Assembly: GCA_964016885.1 (NCBI GenBank)
Contig: OZ024742.1
Location: forward strand, 79,484,001 to 79,548,000
Direction: 5' to 3'
DNA from: Eledone cirrhosa
Lineage: Eukaryota
DNA length: 64,000 nucleotides
A program made the translations under genes and the position numbers. The notes under the pieces were generated by a model. It did not search any database, was not told the origin of the DNA, and worked only from the letters and a program-made list of their open reading frames with translations. Positions 13,732 through 27,697 of the stretch are shown in pieces; the first letter of the stretch is position 1, and every line of letters starts with the position of its first letter.

Positions 13732-15032
13732 CGAAAAGATGTGTCGGTATATATAGATACGTTGAAAACAAGGAAACAAGATAACTAAGAAAGAAGAAAC
13801 TAGAAATGTTCGACAATACCCGGACATTTCAAGATAAATCTGTCACATTAAGTGTGATTATAGATGGAACAACGAATACAAAGTATCATACAATACATCT
13901 GATGATGACGATTTCATCAAAATTATTCATTGACGTAAACAAAGACGTGTTACTTAATTTTATTGTTGTATATCATCTATATAACATAAACACAAAAATC
14001 ATTGTTTTATATAAATACATTGAAGAAGAGCCAAAGACGAGGCCTCAATGAACTTAATAAGTCTGTTAAAAACATCAGCCGAATTTCTCTGAAATTGCAC
14101 CATACCATCACAAATAATAGGTGGTTTTAGATAGCCGTAGATAAATTTATATTAATGTCTTTGTACATCTCTTGAGACCATGGAACTATAGCTGAAAACT
14201 CCCTCCACGAGGAACATGATTCAGAAAGATTTTATTGAAGACCAGCAGTCGCCCATGCCAGTAACAAGTCTCTTCTCTCATTGCCATGGTTGCAATCCAA
14301 GGGAAAGACGAAAGTCGATAACAGTTTGACACTAGTGATGTTGCATGTGAACAGAAAACGAAAAGAACTGAACGAAATACCGTGAAGTATTTTATCTAAC
14401 GCTTTAACAAATCTTTAACAATTATTTATCGTCACAGAATGAGTGAAAGACAATTGTGACATCAGTGTGATTTGAACTCAGAGCCGGAACATATACTGCG
14501 ATACATTTTAAATACCGATCTAATGAAACCGCCAAGTTCCCACTTTACACTAAGATTTATAATGGTAAGACGGTTACAGCTGCAATGTAGGTTTGCTTTC
14601 TTAATCAGAGCTAACATAGAGTTAAAATAACAACAGCAACAACAACAAAAAAAAACTATCACCACAAACAACGACTTTGTAAAATATTCATCAACTTATA
14701 TCAATTATTAGCAGCCGTGTTTGGTCATGCCTTGATTTATCATTCCATAAAATAAATATAATCAAGTGAATTTATCTCATTTTCGCTTAAATTTCTTTAA
14801 ATATTTTTTGATAAATTCCTCTTGATCCAGCAATGTTAATTCAATACGAAATGTTGCATTTAAACAATTCAGAAGATATTTCAAGTTGAGTTCCATAAAC
14901 ATACATAAAGCACCACTAAAATATATAAAATATATGAAATATAAAATGTAACTTTACCTTTGTACTTTTTAATGTTCGTGGAAAACATGCCGGTTTTCCA
15001 AATATTCTACTAATTTATATATTATTGTAAAT

Positions 15033-15651
15033 CAGGGCTCTTCAAAACTTTTAGACTATTGACTCTTATATGGAATCCTTGACCTCCATTGACCCAAGGC
15101 AATAATAAAAAGAAATTCAGTACAAATCATATAAACTGAAAAAGACAATAAAGTATAATTATATATAGATATGTGCAACAATTTGGCAGAGATGTTAGAA
15201 TGTCGGATAGAAAGCTTTGCGTTATTCGCTCTGCACTCTGAGTTGAAATAACGCAGGGATTAATCCTATCTTTTATTCTTTCGAAGTCGATAGAAAAATT
15301 ATTAGTACAATAGTGGGTCGACTCTTCCTCTATATGTCTTCCTCACTTCCCCCTATATCTCTCGTTCCTTTTCTTAAAACACTTCAGCTGTGTTCAGCCC
15401 TAGAGGGATATGAGCTCCACCAGATTTAATAGGATCAATAAACGGTGCCCATACAAATTCACCAGGAGTTACGGCTCCATACATACATATATAAATCAGA
15501 AATATGTGCATGCAAGTTGTAATGTATTGTGTTAATCTATGTATTTTCATTTCCTATAAAAATTTCTGGTTTTGGCTCCAAAGTTCAATCGACTTCCTTA
15601 ACTGTCCTATAGATCCCTGGGGGTCGATATCTTCCATTTTGAGATCGACTG
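15033..15651. mobile_element. Possible degenerate hAT-type MITE with a decayed SINE inside
   Basis: Ends CAGGGCTCTTCAAAACT and TTTTGAGATCGACTG resemble imperfect hAT TIRs. SINE1-like remnant at about 15190-15320. Confidence 0.3.
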
Positions 15652-15839
15652 CTGTGAATTAATGAATGAATTTTCTAATCAGTAAAAGATTCAAATGTAT
15701 AGTGCAAGTCTACAAGAATATTTTAGTTCTGTATGAATCTAAGAATAAGTAAATTCACAAAAAGCTACATAGCTTATGAACGTCTTGCAATGATGTAATC
15801 CTATGGTTAATCTCATCTACTTTGAGGACAAATATTTGC

Positions 15840-16082
15840 ATGTATGTATATTTGTATATATGCGTGTTAGAACAAACACGCATATATACAAATATACATA
15901 CATGCAAATATACATACATGCAAGCATACATACATGCATACATACAAACATACAAACATACATACATACACACATACATACATACATACATACATACATA
16001 CAAACCTTCATACATACATACATGCATACATACATACAAACATACATACATACATACATGCATGCATACATACTTACATACA
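15840..16082. repeat. (TACA)n tetranucleotide microsatellite
   Basis: Directly visible. Confidence 0.95.
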
Positions 16083-16195
16083 GAATTCATACAGACAGAC
16101 ATCAACGCGACCAGTCGCACATATTTACGTAGAAGACTATTCATTAAATTTAAGATGAATACTATCTCCGACATTTATGCCACAACATCAACAAC

Positions 16196-17858
16196 ACTAG
16201 TGGAGAACCGAAGGAGAAAAAAAATTCTTTAGAAGGAACCGAAAGTATAAATCACATTTTTCTTGGAACTTAACGATTTATGTAATTGTTATAAAATGGT
16301 AAAGAAAAAGACCCCATCCCTGTTGTATATAGGAACAGAATGAAGCTATACTGGGGCGAAATATATCCAGAAGTAAATCACCCTACAGCCAAACAATTAC
16401 GTCAACAAGCAACGTTTGTTGACCGTATAAATAACATGAACATTATACATTGTAAGTCTCCCAGATCGAAAATGCAATCAACAACACATGCTACTGGTCT
16501 CCGTGTTACTAGACTTTCTAACAGCTAGACCAACATTCGGAATACTCGATTGGGCGATATCGGAACGATATATAACAACAATGTTAAAGAAAAAGAAACC
16601 AAATAATGAAATTCTGCGTACTATTCATGGGGTGAATATTTACGACGAATTGAAACCCATATAGCTTGGTAAATCAACGTCTGTTTATATGCTCTGGCAA
16701 CGACAGTGAAACATAATCTTGGTGATAATAGAGATGTTAACAAAAATAAATCACCACAAAAAAAAAAAAAAAAAAAATCATACATTACAAAAATAGAAAA
16801 TAAAATGGACGTAGATGAAATCCGAGCTTTGGATATTAAACTCCGAAAAATCCTAAACAACTCCGGTAACCTCCTCATCAACAGTAAGATAGACCGCCTC
16901 TACCTGAAACATAAACAAGGAGGCAGAGGCCTAACATCAGTCCAGACAGCATTCGAGTGTCGTATCATATCCCCCGCACGACATCCATGACATCTATTGA
17001 GCAGGTCTGCCTACATGAGACAGATAAGATCATGGGAGTTAAGAAGGGGTTCCTTGAGAAATACCCGCTGCGGGATAATCAAAACTCACACTCAGAGATG
17101 TTGCCCAGTAATACCGCAGTGAATCCATGGTTAGCAGCAAAGGAATCATGCATGGATATGTTGCCAGGTGGCTCCAAAGTGAGAGTAATATAGTTAAGCA
17201 AAAGATATGCTTTTGTAAAATAAGAACAGAAAATCAATATAAAATACCTGATTCACAAAAGTGAGAGTGACGCAGGTAAAACAACCAGATGTGGCAACAA
17301 ATGCAGACTACAGAATTAACATCGAATATGTCACCCCTGTCATAAGCAGCTGTTCAAAGATGTCATCACGGTACTATTTACCTACGAGGCAAAACACTAT
17401 CCGATGCAACCTGTAGAAAAGATATCCCCGACATTAAACATAGTAAAATTTACAGCACTGTGGAAGACATATACATACATAATATGAAAGAGTAATAGTG
17501 GAATGTTCCAGTCAAAAGCCCAATAGAATACAAGCAAAATAGACCAGATATAGTGATATGGGACAGCAGTGGAAGACAGCTGCCCAGCAGATTCCAATAT
17601 AATATTAAAGATTAGCGAAAAGGAGAACACTGTGTAGAACTAACGAGGAATCTGCAGATACTCACCCCGACTATATCTTCGCATTTATACCTGATATCAT
17701 TGAGACTCCGGGGATATGTTACTAACTGCCTCAGTACAAATCATGAAAAGTTGGGTTTCACAGAACCAGAAAGAACACGATTAGTTAGGAGGTTACAATT
17801 ACAATCCAGTAATGGAACTGTAAAAATATGAAAAACGTTTCAAATTTCTCCATGTAAT
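16196..17858 (+). mobile_element. Degenerate, internally deleted R4/Dong-like RLE non-LTR retrotransposon
   Basis: Post-RT motif DEIRALDIKLRKIL..IDRLYLKHKQGGRGL, decayed CCHC region at about 17300-17400, RLE motif NRPDIVIWD at about 17538, and an N-terminal-like MKLYWGEIYP segment. Confidence 0.75.
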
Positions 17859-18565
17859 AATTGCATGTACACATGTACAGATACAAAACACGCACGCGAA
17901 CAAATATATATCATAACACACGCACACATGCGGACATGCACAATATTTATCTAGTTAATGTTGTCTAAATTCCAATGAAAGAGTCTTGTGTCTACGATAG
18001 AAAACGGCTTTCTTTCTATTGGTAAAAAATTATAAAATAATGGAACCAGAAGAACATACATACATACACTTTTATGACATTAATCACCCAAACAAGTCAG
18101 GAAAAGAGCATCTAGGCACTCGGTCAAATGGAAAGAAGTCAGATGCAAATAAGTCTCAAATAGCAACGTAATTATTTGGTTGAAAAATAAAATAAAAGTG
18201 TTATATTAATTAAAAAGTATCCAAAACGGAAAGACATAAAATACATGTAAAATATATTTGATCATATATCGCGATAATGCCTCCGTTGGGGCTAAACAAC
18301 AATCGCAGCATCATAATCACTACCACCACCACCACTGCCATCACCACTCCCACCAATAAGAATGGCTATGTGTATGTATAAAGTATCTACCGTTGTTTTC
18401 GATAGACCACCTGCTATGATACATGGAATGGTAATATATTACATATCATATATATTAATGTCACACTTGGGTCATGTTGTGCTGAAATTATTTTAACATT
18501 CCTACAAAGCAACAAACTCAAGTAGGTTAATATTGTAAATCTGATAAACTAGCAGTCATTATTAG

Positions 18566-18757
18566 AGGGTGGATTGGCAAAATCGGTAGAGGGTCGGACG
18601 CTATGCTTTGACGCATAGAGTTACCGCCCTTGCCATTCTGAGTTCGAATCCCGCCGAGGTTAACTTTGCCTTTCATCCTTACGGGGTCGATAAAAATAAA
18701 GTACCAGTAATGCACTGTGTAATTGCTGGCCTTGTGCCAAAAAGTAGAAACAATTAT
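18566..18757 (+). mobile_element. SINE family 1
   Basis: Full-length homolog with GAGTTCGAATCCC B-box. Confidence 0.9.
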
Positions 18758-18956
18758 TGTTGCCCCGGAGAGCACTTGAAATTTATATATATAGTAAGAA
18801 TTGCGCTAGCAGCCAAAGTGTACGATAACGTTATGCCTGTATAAATACAGAGTGTGTAACCGAGACTTCACAAACATGTATATATATACACACTTATATA
18901 ATATGTAGGCATATATTAAGTAATTATCAACAAGAGCGCTAATTTTAGTTAAATTA

Positions 18957-19092
18957 CCGTATTTCCCGGAACGCACCCAATCTTTGACAACCAAAGATGT
19001 GAAATAAACAACCTTCGGCCTCCAGGACGCATGGTAGATTTTTGAGACTTATTTTAGGAAAAAAGTTGCATCTTCGACGCAGGGAAATACGG
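18957..19092. mobile_element. pogo/Tc1-mariner-type MITE
   Basis: TIR CCGTATTTCCC/GGGAAATACGG with a TA TSD. Confidence 0.75.
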
Positions 19093-19114
19093 TAGTATGT
19101 CTATTTCAAAACGA

Positions 19115-19148
<34 letters not shown>

Positions 19149-19150
<2 letters not shown>

Positions 19151-19304
19151 TCCGAGAGAGAAGAGCCCTCTGAAGATTGCTCCCTTCTCAATGAAAATCC
19201 GCTTGGATTTTCCGTTTATTCTGGAGCGGTAAAGTCACATATAGTAAGTACTGCGAATTTTAAAAAATTTATTTTAAAACATTTTCTCTATTTGCTAGAT
19301 CTTG

Positions 19305-19342
<38 letters not shown>

Positions 19343-19376
19343 CAAGATCTAGCAAATAGAGAAAATGTTTTAAAAT
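19149..19376 (+). mobile_element. PLE-type fragment with a tail-to-tail inverted end across (TA)n
   Basis: 38-bp inverted repeat 19271-19308/19339-19376 separated only by (TA)n. Hammerhead-like core CTGAAGA..GAAAATCCgcttGGATTT at 19170-19210. Confidence 0.55.
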
Positions 19377-19465
19377 ATATATATACACATGTTTCTTTGT
19401 TTAAATGCCTATATATTAGATATGTTTATATATTTATACACGTCGGTGCGTTGTCTGTTACACAC

Positions 19466-19554
<89 letters not shown>

Positions 19555-19575
19555 TTATACCTATATAAATATTTA

Positions 19576-19763
19576 CAGTGGAACCTTGGGTTACGAAATC
19601 CTCTTATTACTAACAAATCGTCTCACGAACATTTTTTTCTGAACATAAAACGTCTGGGTTGAAAATCCGTGTCACAAGTAACGAACACGCAAGTTGGCAA
19701 CAATATTTGGCAAAAGCTTGGAATATCGGCAGCAAAGCGTCACTTGGTGTATAGGTTCCACAG
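19576..19763. mobile_element. Tigger-like MITE remnant
   Basis: TA|CAGTGGAACCT ... AGGTTCCACAG imperfect TIRs. Confidence 0.5.
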
Positions 19764-19842
19764 CATAAACACACACACACATATATATATATTCTTTTTT
19801 CCAGTTCCACCCCGCCGGTCTCTTCAATCTATCTAATTTCTC

Positions 19843-19888
<46 letters not shown>

Positions 19889-19959
19889 TAAAAGAACCGC
19901 CGGACAGGTATTGTTCCTTTAAAGTTTTATTATTTCAAAAACACTATGTATATTTCAAT

Positions 19960-20380
19960 GGTCTGGATACGTAAGATCCTGGCGACATCATCAGGTTCTG
20001 GACTGATGTACTTGGTCTTAAGAAGACAACACGCAAAGACTGGTTTGATGAGAATGTTGCTGCAATTACCACACTCATTTAAGAGAAGAACAGGCTGTAT
20101 AAGAGGGATCACTTGTGTGAAGGCCTTCAAAGAAGCAAAGACAAAACTGCAATTTAAAACTCGAAAGATAAAGAATAACTGGTTGTCCGAAGTTTCAGCA
20201 GAGATGCAGAGGTCTTATAACTTCAGAGATTTGAAGCAATTATACAGTATAATAAGATAAGTGTTTGGGTCACAGCCCTCAGAAATTGCACCATTGAAGT
20301 CAAAATATGAAGATGTCATCATTAAAACTCCAGTAGCAGGAATCATGAGTCGGTGGATTAAACACTTTAAATATGTTTGG
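19960..20380 (+). mobile_element. RTE-clade LINE fragment (between endonuclease and RT)
   Basis: Translates across frameshifts to LGLKKTTRKDWFDEN..NNWLSEVSAEMQ..APLKSK..IMSRWIKHF. Confidence 0.7.
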
Positions 20381-20489
20381 CAACTCTAATATAGCCACCT
20401 ACTCTAATACTACCCCACCCCAAAATGAGTAAATGATATTTATTGTATTTATTAACTTGTCGAACGTGGGATCATGTAATTTTGATAGT

Positions 20490-20680
20490 GTTCGGTTCAA
20501 AAGCATTGCAGTATTTAGTTGCGGCTCTTTATATTCCAATTTCAAATCCCATAGGGTCTGACAACTATTTATCCCCCCAGTGTCGATAAAATAATGTAGC
20601 AGTCAAAAACTAGGGTTGATCTAATTCAACCAAGCCTATCGCCACAAAATCTGAAACATTGTGCGTACATTACAAACATG
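20490..20680 (+). mobile_element. Old degenerate SINE family 1 copy
   Basis: TTCAAATCCC..GTCGATAAAATAATGTAGCAGT remnants. Confidence 0.45.
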
Positions 20681-22047
20681 TATTAAACCAAAAGTGTAAG
20701 ATAACCATTGGTGATCCTCACCTTTAAAGTTTAATGGGTGGATTAAACATTTCGCGAGGAACACACAGATACCAGCATGATTAAATTATAATTAAATAAA
20801 AATGGCTTCAAATGGAGATGGAAAGAAAGGCTATTGTAAATGAGGTTCATTGAAAAAACCCAAAACATTCTGAATGTTTATCGAAAGTGAATCTCTTGTA
20901 ATACAGCATTCCTTAAGGAGCACGTACATAATGTTGTTGATAACAATCTTCTATATGGTGAAATTATTCTAGAAATTTTCAATTATTCCTTTTTATAGAA
21001 TGATAGAAGGATGTGATATACGATATATTTTAACGTCACTCTCACATTGTTTAATAGTATTTTACGTAACTGAATCTCTGATGACAACAATAGAAAACTT
21101 TCTGGAATGTCACTGTATTTATCTGGTAATATACATAGAAGTGTCAAACATTTTACTGGCTGTGTGGTCTGAATAGAATTTCAGCTAGGTCTTCGTATTT
21201 ATTAGTAAAGTTCTCATACCTAATAGTTAGAAGCTTATCTTAAAAATATATTTTTTTCTTTTCGTAGAGCGAACGGTATTTATGAATGTTTTCTGAAAGC
21301 GGTTGGTGTTGCTGTTTTTTGTTATTTAGCCACATTTCCATGCTAAATGAGCAGTCCTATGATCAAAGGTATTCTAGCCGTGACCATCTAGACGTTGCAT
21401 TTAATAGATTTTTGAATAACAGATACAGTCTATCTGAAAGGCATCCATACAGTTTCTTTCGGGTCAAATTTGTGGTAAATGAAAATTGCCAAAAATTCCA
21501 CACAGTTCGATAAAAACTGGAACCTTATGATTGTAAAGCAAACTTCTTCAATATTCGGCGATGCTGTGTTCACATTAATCATATTAGATATTATAAACAA
21601 CAACAAAGAAGAGAGTTACAAAAGAAATTGTTACACACAAAATACTTTTCTATTTTATCTCATAAGGTTTTGAATATGCTATCTAACACCAATTTACGTT
21701 GAAAATATTAAGTTCATTCACTCATAATGATATTGATTTCTGACAAACTGTTTCAATTTCTAGCAATCAATATTTTAGGAACAATGTTATCGACTCAACT
21801 AACCCTCACTACTTGAATTGTATATGGTTTATCGATCTCAGAATGTAGATTTCGGAGAGCAAAAAAGGCATAAATATTTGCATATTTGTTTATTTATCAT
21901 GTTTCGTAATTGATGGTCAAATCCTTAGTTTATTACAGGTTTCCAACTGGCAAATCAATGGTTCATATATTACCTGTGAAAGAATGTAAATTCCAAGTTT
22001 CATCCAATTTTTACAACTTTCTCTAATAAATATATATATATATATAT

Positions 22048-22400
<353 letters not shown>

Positions 22401-22407
22401 TGTGTGA

Positions 22408-22509
22408 AGGCGCATGGCTTAGTGGTTAGAGCATTGTGCTTGCAATCGAAAGGTTGTGAGTTTAATTCTCAGACCGGATGATGTGTTGAGCAAGATACTT
22501 TATTTCACG

Positions 22510-22512
<3 letters not shown>
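22408..22512 (+). mobile_element. SINE family 2, 3'-truncated and inverted relative to 22048-22298
   Basis: GGCGCATGGCTTAGTGGTTAGAGC..TTGAGCAAGATACTTTATTTCACGTT. Confidence 0.85.
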
Positions 22513-22567
<55 letters not shown>

Positions 22568-23119
22568 GTGACGCATATAAAAACACACACGTCTTATCTA
22601 GCATGTTATAAAAACGGTTCAAACAAAACAAGGAACATATCGGTGGTGAACGGGTAGCAGGGTACTTTTTAATAAACAAATAAATAAATAAATGAGATAT
22701 CGTTAATTTCCCGATTAGCTTGTTCTCTTGATCAAATAACAGGAAGACCCACTTTCGAATCTAAGGTGACCCATCCTATTTCCCTTCCAGAAATATTGCC
22801 CGTCATTGAGCTTCTAACACCTAGATATGACAGACAACAGCAGTAACATTTGACGCAGAATTTATAGACTTAAAGGAAATTTGCTTTTAACTTGCATTTT
22901 AAAAAGAAAAAATGTCATTTTAAAATTTCGTATAAGCATTTTATGTTATGTTAATGCAACATGTATTCTCGGTAAAATGTTTTACTATGTAAATTAAATT
23001 TACGTGTGCTTAAAGCAATTTTTCCAGTTAATCACATTCTATAAAAAAAAAAAAAAAAAAAAAATGTAATGTGGTGCTATCCTTATGGGAAGGTGTTGTG
23101 CCATATAACAACAATAATA

Positions 23120-23325
23120 ATTTCCAATTTAGGCACAAAACCAGCAATTTTTGGAGAGGGGAAAGTCGATTAAATCGACCCCAGTGTATGACTGTTATTA
23201 TGTTTTATCGACCCTGTAAGGATGAAAGGCAAAGATAACCTCGGCAGGATTTGAATTCAGAAAGTTAAGAACCGTAACTATGCCACGAAGCATAGTGTCC
23301 GACGCTCTACCGATACTGCCAATTC
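23120..23325 (-). mobile_element. SINE family 1
   Basis: Same head and core as 2633-2816; flanked by AATAATAAT. Confidence 0.85.
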
Positions 23326-23332
23326 AATAATA

Positions 23333-23830
23333 ATAATTTATTTATTGGCTATAAGGGCTGATAAATAGGGGATAATACAAAAGACAGGAGAGTTGGGGTT
23401 TTACCAAAAAATCGAGTAAGCAATATATAAAAGCAATAACAATAAATAATATAATTATAACAATATAAATTCCACAATGGAGGGGGGGGGGGAGTCACCC
23501 AGGGGTGACTCAGGAGTCCACCAATACTGAGTCAGCCAACACTTTGAAAGCACACGAAAATGATGCCCTTCTCCTTTCCAAATCAGCTAGTCTACAGGCG
23601 CATGGTCAGAGTAGGCCAATTTAAACGGAGTGATCCTCAGAATACCCACCTTTTGGCAAATGTACTTGTGGGCAACACTTTCCAAGTGAAATGGGGAAAA
23701 GAGGATGAGGGATTGGCCGTGGAGAAAACTGTCTGTCTTCAGTCCTTTCAATCTCGTCGGTCACACAACCTCTTTAACTACATATAATCACGGTGCGCCA
23801 GCTATTTGAGGACAACTATTTAAGAAACAT
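23333..23830 (-). mobile_element. Degenerate 3' end of a Tx1/L1-like LINE
   Basis: Minus strand ends AATAAATAAATTATTATTATT. Residual GIIFVCF..WWT resembles AVFICLV..VWWT at the ORF2 C-terminus of the 30741 element. Confidence 0.4.
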
Positions 23831-25765
23831 TAGTAGCTCAGACTTCAACTCTGTCTTTTCATTCCGAACATGGAAGCTTCGAATCTAAAACAAGCGATGA
23901 AAAGACGTGCCATACACGTCACTATAGTCGGGAATCTGAGATTGCATCCTTCTTAAATGTCGGGGAATGTTTACGCCGTATCAAAAATAAAAGAAAAACA
24001 TTCTGGACGGTCAGATATGGTCAGCAACCTTGAATTTGTTCAGCTAGCCAGGCATCGAGGAGAATCCCGGCATGTCAATGAGGGCTATTGTCAAACAGTT
24101 CAATATTTCCAAGTCAAACATCAGTCGTTTGGTGCACGAAGTCACTAGGTAGAGATCTTATATTATGAAAAGTTGCAATTCATATACAATAAAACACGGA
24201 AAAACCGTGGGATCCGTTCGAAGCGCTTACAGAACATACTCAAGCACCTCAAGGAACTGGATATACACTGTGTCTTCTCAAGTGAAAAGAAACTTTGCCT
24301 CAGATCAAAAGAAAGAATGTTAGAAGACTGATGTCCCAACTCTTAGGCACACCACATTCTCATCGTCTGTGATGATTTTTGGGTCATGTGCACTGAAAGC
24401 AATATCATACCCTCTCTCTTTTACCCGCAAGGTCTTAGGCGCATTGGGGCAGCCTACATTAACACATTTCAGATGGTTTCTAAACTTTGGATCGTGAGAG
24501 TTGCTCAGGGAAAGCGTTACGTGTTCTAGCAAATCGCTGTTCTCTCTCACAGTACTTACACAACCCAAGAGTAGATTACCGAAAAGTTTCTTGATCATGT
24601 TACCCCTAAAATTTGGCCTCTTAACTTTTCTGATTGAATCTCACTGGGCTGCTACATCTCGGTCGTTATTGAGAGGGAGACCAACAAACATGCGTGCAAC
24701 ACGAAGGACTTGATGTCTGATGTTGGGGTCCTTATGGCCCACAAGAATAAATAGCACCTAAAATAAGCGTATAGTTGTTTCAGAAGCCAAATCAGAACAA
24801 TGTCAAGGCTGATAAAAGTTTTATTGAAAATGCGTTTTGTTATGTGTTTGTGAAAGTATGTGTACCAAATTCTAATAAATATTTGTTTTCCTTAAATACA
24901 AATTTTGTTCTCAAATAGCTGATGCACGCTGTATTTTCTAGGTATTTCTGAGGTTATTTAAAGTTTCGACATTTAAGATAGATATGATAACATAAATGGT
25001 TTTCAGAGCAGCGGAGATATCCGGGACAGTAGGATTAAATTAATGATTTTTCCAGCGCCATGTGTCCATAGGACTGGCATTTAACTCCGACTTCCGTTGT
25101 GTTAACGAGGTGAAAGAACATTTATTTCCCGCTTGGACAGAATGCATTTACATTAGCTAATTCTGACCGTTCGAGAAACAGGGACATGAGAAACAATATA
25201 TTATTCACAGGGACACAACCAATTGGTTGTAGTTGATTTGTATTCAGGAACACTGGAATAATTTCATAATAATTTAAGAAGGAAATGAGAGACAATAACC
25301 ATAACGTTTGAAGCTCTACCGAAAATATGAAGATTGATGTTGTTCATTTCAAATCATCAACAAGAAATGTTTGCTCTCATCATTGTCTGATCTCTTCACT
25401 CTAAAATATGGGTGGGGAGCCTGCAGCTCCGGAGATGAATGCGGCTCTTTAGCCTATCATGTTCTGAACTATTTTATTCTATTTGGTCTGTAATTTTATA
25501 TTGAAATAAAAACCGTGTCTCTGATATTGAATATCCTCAGCCAAAAATCGCATTAAGATAAATGTTAGTTAAATTCATGTTTTCTAGTCCTCTCGAGAGT
25601 AGTGAGCTTTGCATTTGAGTGAAGTTACACTGAAGTAGGTGGAGAAGTTCAACTAGCCCCGAGTTGTTTTCATGAGAGCTAGAGAGAAAGAGGCCGGATT
25701 AAATGTAAGAATTTCTGGAGCTGGTGTATCAATGTCCCAATTTCGGCACTCGGGGCATTGATTTA

Positions 25766-25832
25766 GGGTCATGTTGTCCTAATATTTGGCAATATTAGGA
25801 CAACATGACCCCAACTCCCAAATATAATAATA
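25766..25832 (-). repeat. Perfect 21-bp-arm hairpin belonging to the GGGTCATGTTG repeat family
   Basis: GGGTCATGTTGTCCTAATATT tggc AATATTAGGACAACATGACCC; related to 26620-26662 and 53093-53332. Confidence 0.8.
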
Positions 25833-27088
25833 TATATATATATACATACATACACACACACACACTCACACACACGCGCGCACACGCGCACACACAAACA
25901 CACACACACAAACACACACACAGACAAACACACATACACACATATATATATATATAAGGAAAAGAAATTGAAAATGCAACTGGAGTGTTTTTAAGAATAT
26001 TTATTTCCTTTACCGGTTTCACAGTTTTTATGCTTTTCAAAAGTAGAATTGAGATGCAGGGCTTGTGGTTTTTCTCGCATATATATATAGTGAAATAGAA
26101 ATTAGAAGACCAAAGCTAAACAGAAAGAATGAATGGAATAACAACAACACCCAAACAAACAACACTGACCTAAGAGAAGTATAAATAAGTAAATAAAATA
26201 AGATAAATAAATACATACACAAGCACAATAACAACAAGCACATAAACACACACTAGTCACCCACCACACAGCAAACATAACACTATACACACACGCAAAC
26301 GCATGCGCAAAGAAGACAAAATAAAATAAACAAACAAGCAAATAAATAAATAAATATATAGACAGACTGAATAAAAAAAATGGCGTAGACATACAACACA
26401 ACAGGAGGAAAATATAACACCACTGACGATGTTGCCGATGTGCAACGAAAGATTTATGATAAACTATATATATGTGTTTGTGTCTATATTGTATCTGGAT
26501 TATTTTTGACCGTCGGTCAGTCAATGGCAGCATTGAGGACCGAGTAAGTTAGATTACCGATATAAAAGACAGCGAGAAGCGAAAACCAACAAAACAGTGA
26601 GTGTGTTCTGTTATTAATTCTGGCAATATTACACAAATATGACCCTCCCCAAGTATAACAATATATATATATATATATGTAAATATATATATGTAAATAT
26701 ATATATATATATGTAAATTTTCTATTATTCTACTCTAACCATAATTTTCAGTAGTACCACCCTACATAAATTCCTCAATTTAAGATTGACCTGTAGTATC
26801 GAATTTCATACTATAAACCCCAATTGAACATATATCTGACCAGGAATGGTTTTTGTGAAAATCAGTCATATGGAACTATTGTCATCTTGCCTGATGGTTT
26901 GAACTTTACAACACCACCTGCCTCTTTGAGGTCAAAAACCAACCCTACTAGCATCTACAAACTGACCAATGAGAATTAAGATTATTCTTGCTGACAACAT
27001 TAAATTATTCCTAACAAGCTCATAAGTCCCAATGCTCTGATACCATCAACACCATAAACACAGAGCTGGCATATCTAAGAACTGACTA

Positions 27089-27146
27089 ACTGCCTGATTA
27101 GGTCATAGCCACTCAATGGCTATCATCGAAATATATATATAGCAGT
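27089..27146 (+). ncRNA. Hammerhead-like motif with mutated core, related to 27362-27416
   Basis: ACTGC CTGATTA GGTCATAGCCactcaatGGCTATCATC GAAATATATATATA GCAGT. Confidence 0.6.
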
Positions 27147-27216
27147 AAATAAAGGATTATGAATTCATGCAATTGACTTATGTTTCGTCACTATATATAT
27201 ATATATATATATACAT

Positions 27217-27697
27217 ATTGAGTATATGTTGGTTGTATACCAGCACCTCAGTAAGCAGCTGGAGCACTCGACGAAGTGCGCAGGTTGGTTTGGTTACTCC
27301 AGAGTAATGTAAAATAAAGTTAAATAAAAAGTCAAATGTTTAAAATTTAGCTTCGTTTATTACTGCTATATATATTTCAGTGACAGCCATCTTTGGCTGT
27401 GACCTCTTCAGGCAGTCCGAATTAGTGTGGTATAGACAAGTACATATGTTGTTGAGGTGTATAATTTTGTCAATACTCTGATATGATTCCAGTTCCTCAG
27501 TTAAATAACAACCCAACCAGGAACTGGGCATATGGAAGTATTGACAAAATTATACACCTCAACAACATATGTACTTGTCTATACCACACTAATTCGGACT
27601 GCCTAAAGAGGTCACAGCCAAAGATGGCTGTCAGTGAAATATATATAGCAGTAATAAACGAAGCTAAATTTTAAACATTTGACTTTTTATTTAACTT

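Noticed and set aside
22408-22480. tRNA gene candidates (also 63870-63945 and the SINE1 heads)
   Set aside because: No proper acceptor stem, and they continue into SINE core sequence.
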